Shown here one piece after another: positions 21,549 through 32,126 of a stretch of 64,000 bases of DNA. The first letter of the stretch is position 1, and each line of letters begins with the position of its first letter. Source of the stretch: an uncultured Spirochaetota bacterium. GTDB lineage: Bacteria; Spirochaetota; Spirochaetia; SZUA-6; Fen-1364. The notes beneath the pieces are model-generated. The model did no database searches and was not told the DNA's origin. It saw nothing but the letters and a program-made list of their open reading frames with translations. The DNA is taken from assembly GCA_963734545.1 (NCBI GenBank), contig CAVTHO010000006.1, positions 288,001-352,000 of the forward strand. Direction: 5' to 3'. The position numbers and the translations under genes were made by a program.

Positions 21549-21564
21549 ATAACTATTTAGTTAT
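21549..21564. promoter_or_regulatory. Palindromic operator over the ArsR promoter and start codon
   Basis: ATAACTA-TT-TAGTTAT overlaps the -10 (TATATA) and the ATG at 21563; TTGACT upstream. Confidence 0.65.
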
Positions 21565-21926
21565 GCAACAGGCATTGGCTCCTGACAAATCACTGGACTG
21601 CGGTATTCGCTGCCCTGGCTGACCCTACCCGCAGAGCCATTGTCGAAAGGCTCGCGCGGGGCAGCGCATCCGTAATGGAGCTTTCAGAGCCTTTCAAACT
21701 GAGCCAACCCGCAATCTCCAAGCACCTGAAGGTGCTGGAGCGCGCCGGCCTGATTTCCCAGGGAAGGGACGCGCAGCGCCGGCCGCGCCAGATCGAGCCC
21801 CAGCGGATCAAGCAGCTGTCGGAATGGATAGAGAAGTATCGCCAAGTACTCGAGGAGAGCTACACGCGCCTCGAAAATTACCTGCAGTCATTGCAGGCCA
21901 AGGAGGATCCCCATGACCACCTCTAA
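21563..21926 (+). CDS. ArsR/SmtB family regulator, frameshift near 5' end
   Basis: VFAALADPTRRAI; LSQPAISKHLKVLERAGLI. Confidence 0.88.
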
Positions 21927-22398
21927 GCTCGAGGTGATTGCCCCGGCCAGCGAGCCGGTCATCATAACGCATCGTTTCATCAAGGCATCGCCCGCTTTGA
22001 TCTTCAAGGCGTGGACGACACCGGAGTACCTGAAGCAGTGGCTCGGGCCCCGTGAGCTCGAGATGATCTCCTGCGAGATCGATCTGCGCGTCGGCGGCCG
22101 GTACCGCTACGTGCACAGGTCTCCCGATGGCCAGGAGTACGGCTTCGGAGGCACGTACCTGGAGATCGACGCGCCGCACCGGATGGTGTGCACGTCTGTC
22201 TTCGAGATGATGCCCCAGTTCGAGGCCGTCGAGACCCTCACCCTGGAGGAGAAGGACGGCGGGACGCTGATCACCACCCACACCCGGCATGGCTCCGTCG
22301 AAGCCCGGGACGCGCACCTCTCCGGAGGCGGGATGGAGGCCGGCATGACGGACGGATACGATCGGCTGGAAGCACTCGTGCAGAGGAACTTCAAATGA
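21913..22398 (+). CDS. SRPBCC/AHSA1-like START domain protein
   Basis: FKAWTTPE.LKQW.GP, DLRVGG.YRY, GMEAGM..YDRL. Confidence 0.88.
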   Translation: MTTSKLEVIAPASEPVIITHRFIKASPALIFKAWTTPEYLKQWLGPRELEMISCEIDLRVGGRYRYVHRSPDGQEYGFGGTYLEIDAPHRMVCTSVFEMMPQFEAVETLTLEEKDGGTLITTHTRHGSVEARDAHLSGGGMEAGMTDGYDRLEALVQRNFK

Positions 22399-22859
22399 TC
22401 GACACGCCGAAGATCGTGAAGAGCGCCGAGCAGCTCACTGCCGTGGTCCATCTCACCGTTCCACGCTCCGAGATCCAGAACGTCATGGGGCCGGGCCTCA
22501 GCGAGGTGCAGGCTGCCGTTGCCGCCCAGGGCATTGCCGTCACCGGGCCCTGGTTCACGCACCATTTGAAGATGGATCCAAAAGTCTTCGATTTCGAGAT
22601 CTGCCTGCCGGTGAAAAAGCAGGTCAGCGCAACGGGCCGGGTCCGGCCGGGCCGCATGCCGGCCCGCAGGGTGGTCCGCACCGTCTTCCATGGCGACTAC
22701 GAGGGCCTCGCGGGTGCCTGGGGAGAGCTCACGAGCTGGATCGAGTCCGAAGGGCTCACGCCTGCCGAGGATCTCTATGAAATCTACACCAAGGGACCCG
22801 AAGCCAGCTCCGATCCGTCTGCCTGGCGCACGGAGCTGAATCAGCCGCTCAAGGAGTAA
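22395..22859 (+). CDS. GyrI-like small-molecule-binding protein
   Basis: DFEICLPV, HGDYEGL..AW..L..WI, YEIY..GP..WRTEL. Confidence 0.85.
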   Translation: MIDTPKIVKSAEQLTAVVHLTVPRSEIQNVMGPGLSEVQAAVAAQGIAVTGPWFTHHLKMDPKVFDFEICLPVKKQVSATGRVRPGRMPARRVVRTVFHGDYEGLAGAWGELTSWIESEGLTPAEDLYEIYTKGPEASSDPSAWRTELNQPLKE

Positions 22860-22888
22860 TGATGCACAGGGGGGCCGTGGAGGCCCCC

Positions 22889-24409
22889 CTACGATCGCAG
22901 GGCTTCTTCCATTGAAATGCCGGCCATCATCAGGCCGATCTGCTCCACGCTGCCCTGGCCGCGCGCAAGCACGCCGGTGATCCGGCCCTCGTACATGACC
23001 GCGATCCGGTCCGAGAGGGCCTGGATCTCGTCCAGGTCTTCAGAGATGAGAAGGATTCCGATGCCTGACTCCCGCTGGGCGAGCAGGCGCTCGTGGATAT
23101 AGCCTGTCGCGCTGATATCCACGCCGCGCGTCGGCTGCGCGGCGATCAGGACGGATGGCCGCCGGGAGAGCTCGCGGGCCATGATCAGCTTCTGAATGTT
23201 TCCCCCGGAGAGGTTTTTCAACGGCGTGTCGAGGCCGGGGGTTTTCACGGCATATTCCTTCACCAGCGCGGCGGCGTGCGCGCGCATCCGCGCCAGGCTG
23301 AGGAAAATGCCGCGGGCGTACGGCGGCGAGGAGTGGTCGTGGAGAAACACATTGTCCTGCACGGAGAACTCCCGGATGGCGCCGTCCCGCATGCGCTCCT
23401 CGGGGATATAGGCCATGCCGGCATCCACCCTCTGGTTGAGAGTGGCCTGGGTGATGTCGCGGCCATCGATCGTGACTGATCCCGCTGCCGGCCTGCGCAT
23501 GCCGGCCAGGCACTCGGCAAGCTCGCGCTGCCCGTTGCCGGACACCCCCGCGAGCCCCACGATTTCTCCTCCCCGTATGGTGAGATCGATGCCGCGCAGC
23601 GCCTCGGTGCCCCTGTCACCCTGGGCGCGGAGTCCCTGGATATGCAGCCGCGTCTGTCCGGGCTCGCGGGGCCGGGGGGCAAGCTCCTTGAGCTCGCGCC
23701 CCACCATCATGGTGACCAGCTCGGCGCGGCTGACCGATTTCGTGGGCCGGCAGCCGATCACCTTGCCGTCCCGCAGGACCGTCACCCTGTCACTGATGTC
23801 CATGACCTCGTGCAGCTTGTGGGAGATGAAGACGAGCGAATGGCCCTCCACGACCATGCGCCGCAGGGTGGCGAACAGGTCGTTGACCTCCTGGGGGGTC
23901 AGCACGGCAGTCGGCTCATCCAGGATGATCAGCCGGGCGCCGCGGTACAGAGCCTTCATGATCTCCACGCGCTGCTGCTCGCCCACGGAAAGCTGCCAGA
24001 CATACGCGTGCGGATCCATGGCAAGCCCGTATTCCTCGGAAAGCGCGCGGATCCGGGCAGTGACTTTTTTCAGGTCCAGGAGCGGCTCGCGGGAAGAGCG
24101 CTGGCCGAGGGCCACATTCTGCGCCACGGTCATGGTCGGCACGAGCATGAAGTGCTGGTGGATCATTCCAATGCCCGCGCGGATTGCGTCTGCAGGAGAG
24201 TGAAACAGGAGCTTCCTGCCGTCGATGAAGATCTCACCTTCATCCGGCTGGTACAGGCCGTAGAGCTGCCGCATCAGGGTGCTCTTTCCCGCGCCGTTCT
24301 CACCGAGGAGGGCGTGCACCTCTCCGGGCTCCACGTCGAAACAGACCCGTGAATTGGCCACCACGCCGGGGAAGCACTTCACTATGTCGACCATCTCCGC
24401 GTGACGCAT
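22889..24409 (-). CDS. Nucleoside/sugar ABC ATP-binding protein (double NBD)
   Basis: GENGAGKST, LSVGEQQRVEI, GVSGNGQ, LSGGNIQK, QPTRGVD. Confidence 0.92.
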   Translation of the reverse strand: MRHAEMVDIVKCFPGVVANSRVCFDVEPGEVHALLGENGAGKSTLMRQLYGLYQPDEGEIFIDGRKLLFHSPADAIRAGIGMIHQHFMLVPTMTVAQNVALGQRSSREPLLDLKKVTARIRALSEEYGLAMDPHAYVWQLSVGEQQRVEIMKALYRGARLIILDEPTAVLTPQEVNDLFATLRRMVVEGHSLVFISHKLHEVMDISDRVTVLRDGKVIGCRPTKSVSRAELVTMMVGRELKELAPRPREPGQTRLHIQGLRAQGDRGTEALRGIDLTIRGGEIVGLAGVSGNGQRELAECLAGMRRPAAGSVTIDGRDITQATLNQRVDAGMAYIPEERMRDGAIREFSVQDNVFLHDHSSPPYARGIFLSLARMRAHAAALVKEYAVKTPGLDTPLKNLSGGNIQKLIMARELSRRPSVLIAAQPTRGVDISATGYIHERLLAQRESGIGILLISEDLDEIQALSDRIAVMYEGRITGVLARGQGSVEQIGLMMAGISMEEALRS

Positions 24410-24532
24410 CCTGCTCCGCTCTTCAGCGAAGGTCCGGCCTACGGGCGTCGTGCACCGTATCGGCGCCCAACTGCTATCCGTTGCTACGGAGCGCCTCCGC
24501 CATCCATGCCCTCGGCGCGCCTCGCATCCTGT

Positions 24533-25504
24533 CTACGGCTGTACCTTGATCGTGCCCTTGGTGATGCCCTGGATGCTTGCGTCACCAGCCGACTTGGCGC
24601 TTGCCGGGAGCTTGTAGGACGGGTTGTACGCGATCTTCAGGCCGCCGTTTGCCAGCGTGAGCGTGTACTGGGTGCCGCCCAGGACGCCTGCCTTGTGCTT
24701 GGTGATCATGTCACGCAGCATTCCCGTCCAATCGTACACCTGGCTTGCCACGACCAGCGCGGAGGCAAGCGCAGCCTGATCCGACTGGGTGCCGAACCAC
24801 AGAACGCTTCCCTTGTCCCTGGCAGCGCCGATGGAGCCGACCACTGACTGCGAGGATCCTGTCAGCACGTCCGCCCCGCTTGCGATGTGGGTCTTTGCTG
24901 CTGCGGTCATGAGCGCGACATCGGAGAACGAGCCGGTCCACGTCTTGGAAATCGTGATGCTCTTGTCCACCGACTGCACACCCTGCAGGAACCCATCGAT
25001 GTACGTCTTGGCATCACCGACCTCGACCGGACCAGTGACACCGATCTTCCTGCTCTTTGTCATCCTGGCCGCGATGACGCCGTTCACATAGCCGCCCTGT
25101 TCCGCGGCGGCAGTGTAGGCGTAGACGTTCGGAAGCCCGAACGTGTTGACGTCAGTGCCCCAGGCGAATGTCACATCGGGAAAGTCCTTCGCGATCTCCT
25201 GCACGGACGAGCCGTACTGCGATCCGTGGGCAATGACGATGTCAAAGCCCTGGCTTGCATAGTCGCGCACAGCCGCCGCCGCATCCGGCACCTTGAACAT
25301 GTTCTCGGAGTACTTGAGCTCGAGGGCGGAGGCGCCCCCCATCTCTTTCTGGATGGACTGCAGCGCGCTCCACATGGACTGGCTGAACGCCATGTCCGTG
25401 GTCGCGCTGGGCATCACCACGGCGATGCGAAACGGCGCGGCGGTGACGCTCGCGGCGATCAGGACCCCCAGCACCACTGCGATGAAAAGGCTTCTCCTCG
25501 TCAT
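24533..25504 (-). CDS. BMP family ABC substrate-binding protein (purine nucleoside type)
   Basis: Signal peptide, D.AFSQS, RDYASQG.D.VIAHG, TGSFSD. Confidence 0.85.
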   Translation of the reverse strand: MTRRSLFIAVVLGVLIAASVTAAPFRIAVVMPSATTDMAFSQSMWSALQSIQKEMGGASALELKYSENMFKVPDAAAAVRDYASQGFDIVIAHGSQYGSSVQEIAKDFPDVTFAWGTDVNTFGLPNVYAYTAAAEQGGYVNGVIAARMTKSRKIGVTGPVEVGDAKTYIDGFLQGVQSVDKSITISKTWTGSFSDVALMTAAAKTHIASGADVLTGSSQSVVGSIGAARDKGSVLWFGTQSDQAALASALVVASQVYDWTGMLRDMITKHKAGVLGGTQYTLTLANGGLKIAYNPSYKLPASAKSAGDASIQGITKGTIKVQP

Positions 25505-25569
25505 TCCGATTCTCCTTTCAGAATCCGCACACACACCCGGGCGGCCAACGGCCGCTTTTCTTTTCGCTC

Positions 25570-26503
25570 CTAATTCTCCCCTCTCTCAAAGGGCTTGTTC
25601 AAGGCGGCAGGCTGGCGCATCCGGTTGACCGTAACGGTCAGTGCCGCGATTGTCAGCAGGTAGGGCAGCATCACCGCGACGCTGGAGGGAATCTTCACCC
25701 CCAGGACCTGCATCCAGAGCTGCAGTGAATTGACCACGCTGAAAAGCAGGGCGCCGCCCATCACGCCCACCGGGTTCCAGCCGCCGAAGTAGACGAGCGC
25801 CACGGCAATGAAGCCCTGGCCGGCGGTCAGGTCATCCTGGAAGAGATTCAGCAGGCTGATGGAGAGCGAGGCGCCCGCGATCCCCGCCAGGGTGGATCCG
25901 ATGCAGACGCTGAGGTACCGGATGCGGTCCACGCTGATGCCCAGCGAGTCTGCCGCGGCAGGGTTCTGTCCTACCGACTTGATCCGGAGCCCCAGGGTTG
26001 TCTTTTCCAGCATCCACCAGACCAGGGGCACGAGCAGGAACGCCCCGTAGACGGGCAGGCTGTTGCGGAAAAGGATGGGTCCGATGATCGGGATGTCCCC
26101 CAGGAGCGGAATGGCAACCGGCGGAAAGCCCTGCACCGTCTTCACCGTTCCGATCAGGATCTTGAAGAGCAGGCTCGACATTCCCAGGCCGAACATGTAG
26201 AGCCCGATGCCGCTCACACCCTGCTCGGCCTTGAGGGTCACGCTCACAAATGACATCAGGAGCCCCATCAAGCAGCCCGACGATCGCGGCGGCCAGGAGA
26301 CCCAGCCACAGGCTCCCCGTGGTCAAGGCGACGTAGAAGGCCGCGAAAGCGCTGAGCAGCATGATTCCGTCCACGCCGAGGTTCACCACGCCGGAGCTCT
26401 GCGCAATCGTCTCTCCAAGGGCCGCATACAGAAAAGGAGTGGCAAGGCTGACCATTGTATTGAGGATTCCCGACACGACGGTGAGGGAGAAGAGGTTCTT
26501 CAT
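25570..26503 (-). CDS. Nucleoside ABC permease, frameshifted
   Basis: AALGE..SGVVNLGVDG, GQNPAAADSLGI, GQGFIAVALVYFG.W.P. Confidence 0.88.
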
Positions 26504-27617
26504 GCGTCCTCGACCTTCCTCTGCCGGGCCGCCCACTTCCGCGACCAGAGCGCCGAGCCGGAGACGAACAGCACGACAAGGCCGAGAAGCGCGACCACCA
26601 GATGAGGACGGGACCTGGACCGCGCGCTGCATGGTGTCCGCGCCCACGAGCAGTCCGCCGAAGAGAATCGAGGCCGGGATCAGGCCCAGCGGATGCAGGC
26701 TGCCGAGCAGGGCAGCCACGATCCCGGTGAATCCGTAGCCGCTGGTAAGCCCCTCCAGCAATCGGTGCTGCACACCGATCACCTCCAGCACCCCGGCGAG
26801 CCCGGCGAATCCTCCTGCCAGCGTCAGGGAGAGCGCCTGGTAGGTGGGCACGTTGATGCCGGCGTACCGGGAGGCGTTGGGGATTCAGGCCTACTGCACG
26901 GATATTGTACCCGATGGTTGTTCGCCAGAGAAAAATGTAGACGACCACGGCAAGCACGACCGCGACTATCGCGCCCGCGTGAAGGAGCGTACGGGGCACC
27001 AGCCGCGGAAGCCAGACCTGCGCCGGCAATTGCGCCGACTGCGCCAGGAATGTCCTTGCCTTGACACCCGCCGGATCCATGAGCGGGCCCTGCAGGAGCA
27101 GGTTCATGAGCTGCAGCGCGATGGAGTTCATCATTATCGTGCTGAGGATTTCATTCACCCGCAGCCGCGCCTTGAGGAACCCGGGGACAAATCCCCATAT
27201 GGACCCGGCCAGGAAGCCGACGATCATGGTGGACGGTATGAGCAGCCACCCGGGCCAGGAGGGAAACGTCAGCGGGAACCACGCCGCCATCAGCGCGCCG
27301 GCAATGATCTGTCCTTCACCGCCGATGTTGATCACGTTGGCGCGGAAGGCAATGCAGATTCCCAGGCCGACAAGCAGGAGAGGGGTGGCTTTGACCAGGG
27401 TTTGCGTCAAGCCGAACCGGGAGCCGACCGCGCCCCTGACAAGGGCCGCATAGGCGGCGATTGGATCCGCCTTGAGGACCACCAGCATGATGGCGCCCAT
27501 GGCCAGCGCCACGACCACCCCTGCCATGGGCAGGAGGACCTTCAGGGCCAGGCCGCTCCAGTCGGTCGCGGGCCGTCGCGATTGCTGCAGGTCTGCGGAT
27601 GAAGATGCGGGCGGCAC
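26500..27617 (-). CDS. Nucleoside ABC permease, frameshifted (start approximate)
   Basis: NIGGEGQ, NEILSTIMMN, GYGFTGIVAALLG. Confidence 0.85.
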
Positions 27618-27665
27618 GTGACACGATACACTCACGAGAGTATTCTGCGCAACAGGATTTCCGGA

Positions 27666-30344
27666 ATGATTCAATTCACATTGAATGGCGACATTGTCGA
27701 GGCGGAAGGTGAGGGGACGCTCCTTTCCTACCTGCGCGGGGTGGCTCTCCTTACCGGGGCAAAGAACGCCTGCGGCGAGGGGACCTGCGGCGCCTGCTCG
27801 GTTATCGTGGACGGGTCCCTGGTCACATCCTGCACAATTCCCCGGTCGAGAAGATGGCCGGCAAATCGATCATCACTGTGGAAGGAATCCAGAAAGCCGA
27901 GATGGACGCCTACGTGCGCGCCTTTGCCGACGCAGGGGCGGTCCAGTGCGGGTTCTGCACGCCGGGCATGGTGATTGCCGCAAAAGCCCTGCTCGACAGG
28001 AACCCGAGCCCCACGGAGGCCCAGGTACGCACCGGCCTGCGACGGAACCTCTGCCGCTGCACGGGCTACGGGAAGATCGTGGCAGGTGTGCTTCTTGCGG
28101 CGCGCTACAGGGCTTCTGCCTCGGGGCATGTTGACGCTGCGGCCGCAGCGGGCGCCGCGGCGCCGGCAGCTGCACCGTCCGCGGCCGCCGGCATCGGGGC
28201 GCGGGTGCGCCGCGTGGACGCCGCGGCCAAGGCGCGCGGAAGCGCAATGTACGTGGACGATTTTTCCGAGCCGGGCATGCTCTTCGGCGCCGCGCTCAGG
28301 ACTCCTCATCCGCGCGCCCGCCTGGTTTCGCTGGATGTCTCCGCGGCGCGCGCGCTTCGCCGGTGTGGCCGCGGTTGCGACGTGGAAAGAGATCCCCGGC
28401 AACCGGTTCACCGGGCACGTTGTTGCTGACTGGCCGACGCTTGTGGCCGTGGGAGAAGCTGACCCGGTACGTGGGAGATGCGGTGGCCCTTGTTGCCGCG
28501 GAGTCCCCCGAGGTTGCCAGGGCGGCCTTATCGCTCATCAGGGCGGAATACGAGATTCTCGAGCCGATGCGATCACCCGAAGCCGCGCTTGCACCCGGGG
28601 CCCCGGCAATTCATCCAAAGGGAAATGTGCTCACCCGGCTCGCGCTCAAACGAGGGGACGCGGAAAAGGCAATTGCATCTGCCGCGCATGTCGTGCATGC
28701 CAGCTTCGAGACGCCGTTCACCGACCACGCATTCATGGAGCCGGAAAGCGCCCTCGCGTATCCCCCTGACCGGGACGGAGTGGTCCTGGTTCTCACGGGG
28801 GAGCAGAACGTGTACGACGGCCGGAGGTACGTGGCGGATACGCTCGGCCTTCCCCCGGAGAAAGTGCGCGTGATCTCGGCATACGTGGGAGGAGGGTTCG
28901 GCGGAAAAGAAGACCAGACGGTTCAGCACCACGCCGCTCTCCTTGCCTGGCTTTCCCACCGGCCGGTCAAGTGCACGCTGGGCAGGGCGGAGAGCATGCG
29001 CGTGCACGTCAAGCGGCACCCGATGTCCATCAACCTGAGCATGGGCTGCGATGCGGAAGGCAGGCTGGTCGGGTATCAGGCGCGCATCGTGGCGGACACC
29101 GGCGCATATGCCTCCCTCGGCGGACCGGTCCTTCACCGCGCGGTTGCTCACGCGGGCGGCCCGTACGCCTACGGAAACATCGACGTCGAGGGAATGGCCG
29201 TTTTCACGAACAATCCGCCTGCCGGCGCCTTCAGGGGATTCGGCGTGCCCCAGGTCAATTTCGCATTCGAGAGCGCCCTCGATCTTCTGGCGGAGAAGGC
29301 CGGTCTCTCCCCCTGGGAGATACGATTTCGCAACGCGGTCCGTCCGGGAGACATGCTTCCCAACGGACAGATCGCAGGTCCGGACACTGCCCTGGAAGAA
29401 TGCCTCCTTGCTGTGAAGCTCGATTTCGACGCAGCGCCCGGCCGCGCGGGAGTGGCGTGCGGCTTCAAGAACACCGGGCTCGGCATGGGACACAAGGACG
29501 TGGGACGCTGCGTGCTGAAGGTCGAGCCCGATCACGTCGAGGTCCGCACCGGCGCGGCCTGCATCGGCCAGGGGCTTGCCACGGTTCTCACGCAGATCGC
29601 CTGCGATGTACTCTCACTCGATCCCGCGCGGGTGCGCGTCGCGCTTCCCGACACCTTCAACACCCCGGACTCGGGCACGACAACCGCATCCCGCCAGACG
29701 CTGGTGACAGGAGAGGCCTGTCGGCGCGCGTGCATTGCAGCGCGCGAGGCGCTGGAGGGGGCGGGGGTAGGGGCGGGCGGCGAACGGGCAGGCGCCTTCC
29801 CGCTGGCGGTGCTGGCCGGCAGGGAGTTCCGCGGCGAGTATGAGGTGATTACCGATCCTTTCGAGACAGACAAGACCAATCCAATCCGGCATGTAGCGTA
29901 CAGCTATGCCTGCCAGTTGGTGGTCCTCGGTGAGGACGGCCGGATCGAGCGCGTCGTAGCGGCCCATGACTCAGGCGTGGTGGTGAACCCTCTCGCATTC
30001 GAAGGCCAGGTCGAGGGAGGGGTTGTCATGGGGCTCGGGTTCGCTCTCACCGAGCGCTTTCCGCTTGTCGACTGCGTTCCCACTGCCAAATTCGGACAGC
30101 TCGGACTGCTCCGGGCCACGGACGTGCCGCCCGGTGAGACGATCATCATCAGGAAGGCTCAGGCGGCGGGCGCGGCCGGCGTGGGCGCTGAACGGCTGCG
30201 GCAACCGGCGCCGCATACGGCGCCAAGGGCATCGGCGAGATCAGCTCGATCCCTACGGCCGCCGCGGTGGCCGGTGCGTACTTCGCGCGGGACGGCAAGC
30301 TCAGGACCAGCCTTCCTCTGGACGGAACGCCGTACAGCAGGTGA
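27666..30344 (+). CDS. xdh: Selenium-dependent xanthine dehydrogenase-like molybdoenzyme (2Fe-2S + Moco domains), frameshifted
   Basis: CGEGTCGAC, QCGFCTPG, NLCRCTGY, HAFMEPE, GGGFGGKED, AFRGFG, SGTTTASRQT, KGIGE. Confidence 0.85.
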
Positions 30345-30430
30345 GGACAATCGATTGATCGGGACACGACCGTCCTTGTTTCCACGAGGGAGGTGTGCCG
30401 TTAACGGTTCGAGTCCGACAGGGGGAGCCA
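30225..30430 (+). repeat. Direct repeat copy 1: xdh 3' end + spacer + tRNA-like 3' fragment (att-like)
   Basis: Matches 58158-58362; ends GGTTCGAGTCCGACAGGGGGAGCCA (T-loop, acceptor strand, CCA), followed by hairpin + T-tract. Confidence 0.9.
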
Positions 30431-31955
30431 GAACTGGACAGGTCGTCTCAGACGAGGCGGCCTGTTTTTTTGTGTCTTGGTGGTGCGCCGCGCCTCTTGG
30501 GCGATCCGGTGGATGATGTCGAACGGTGGCTTGAAGGCCGGGACCACCTGGTCCTGGTCGAGCGTCGAGCCCGGGCAGGATGAAGCCCAGGAGCGCCGCG
30601 CGCTCCGCTTGGCCGTGGGTCCGGAAGAACTCCTGGGCGTTCCGCGCGATCTCCAAGAGCCGGATCCCCTGCTCGATGTAGTTCTGGTCCGCCTTCTCGT
30701 GGCGTTCGATCCGGGCCCGGATCTGGGCTTGCTCCTCACGCCACGCGGAGACGTTGCGGCGGTAGAACGCTTCCTCGATCTCCCCGTCCAGCTTGTCCAG
30801 GTAGATCTGGTCGATGCGGTTCTGGAGCTTGGCGTACTGGGCGTTCAGCTTCTCGATGGCGCGGCGGTGGAACTCCGCCTTCTCCTTCTGGCTCTGGCGC
30901 AGCGCCTCCCGCATCCAGTCGAGCAGGGCCTCGGAGAACTGAAGCTCCCCGAGGATGTCCTCAAACTGCCGCTCCAGCTCCTCCTCCCGCACGTACAGCC
31001 CGCCGCAGGTGCCCTTGTCGAAGGTGCAGTGGTAGTAGATGTAGCGGTCCTTCTTGATCTCGGCGGTGATGGCGCAGCCGCAGGCGGCGCACTTCAGGAG
31101 GCCGGTGTAGGGGAAGCGGTGGGCCGTGGCCCGGGTGTCGTTTCTCTGCGCGGCGACGGCCTGGGCGCGGTCAAACAGCGCCTTGTCGATGAGCGGCGGG
31201 TGCTTGCCCTGGTAGCGCTTGCCGTTCCAGAGGAAGGCTCCCGTGTAGAAGGGGTTCTTCAGAATCTGGGCCACCGAGCTGCGACTCACGCGGCGGCCTT
31301 TGCGGGTGGTCAGCCCCTGCCGCGCGGCCAGCACCTCAAGCCTGCGGATGGAGAACTTGCCCGTGGCGTACTGCTCGAACATCTGGCGGATGATCGGGGC
31401 GCGCTGCGGGTCCAGCTCGATGGTCTTGTTGGTCTTGTCGTGCAGGTAGCCCAACGGCGCGTAGGCGGGAAACTCTCCCTCTTCCGCCTTCTCCTGCATG
31501 CCCTTTCGGGTCTCCTCGGAGAGGTTGTCGATGTAGTTCTTGGCCATCAGCACCTTGATGCCGTGGATGAACTTCTCATGGGACCGGGAGTCCTTGTTCA
31601 GCACCGAGCCTTCCTTGACGAAGATCAGCGTCACGTCCAGCTCGTCGATGGTCACGTAGTCCTTGAAGTTGCGGTACAGGCGGTCGGTCTTCTCACAGAG
31701 CAGGATTCGCACCTGGGGGTGCTCCTCCAGAAAGCGGATCATCTCGGTGAAGTGGGTGCGGCCGGACTGCTTGGCGGTCTCAACGTCGATGAACTCGCGG
31801 ACGACCTGGTAGTCGTGGCGGCGGGCGTAGGAGCGAAGCAGCTTGCACTGGGCGGGGATGGAGTAGCCGTCCCGCTCCTGCTCCTTGGAGGAGACTCTGG
31901 CGTAGAGAACGGCTTTGCTGGAAAGAAGCCCGTTCGGCTGCATCTCCTCCCTCAT
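30401..31955 (-). CDS. Large serine recombinase (integrase), frameshift near 3' end
   Basis: YARVSSKEQ catalytic Ser, DRLYRN, APLGY, ILKNPFYTG, GKHPPLI, zinc ribbon C..CG..YYHC, coiled coil; C-terminus WLPLSDSNR reads through the tRNA fragment. Confidence 0.93.
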
Positions 31956-32038
31956 GCGGTCAGCTTCAGCCTCCTACGGTCCCCGCCTACCGTCCCTGGT
32001 AGGCGGGGCATCTTGGCGCGGCGCAAGGACGCGCCGCG
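31811..32038 (-). repeat. Inverted repeat A (LSR leader + first codons); partner at 36543-36769
   Basis: Near-identical reverse complement; hairpins CGCGGCGC..GCGCCGCG and CCCCGCCTACC..GGTAGGCGGGG. Confidence 0.92.
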
Positions 32039-32126
32039 CGCCCCCCAAATCCCAAAAACGCGCTCCATACTATCCCTTCAAAGACGGTTGTCAATTGAAG
32101 ACCCCGCACAAGAGCACTCCGATGGA

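Noticed and set aside
30342-30404. xdh TGA + downstream hairpin as selenocysteine/SECIS readthrough
   Set aside because: The TGA lies at the normal C-terminus, this enzyme family uses a labile Se cofactor rather than Sec, and readthrough adds only about 20 unremarkable residues.
30390-30430. Complete tRNA gene (also 58325-58362)
   Set aside because: Only the T-loop and 3' acceptor strand are present; no D-arm or matching 5' strand.
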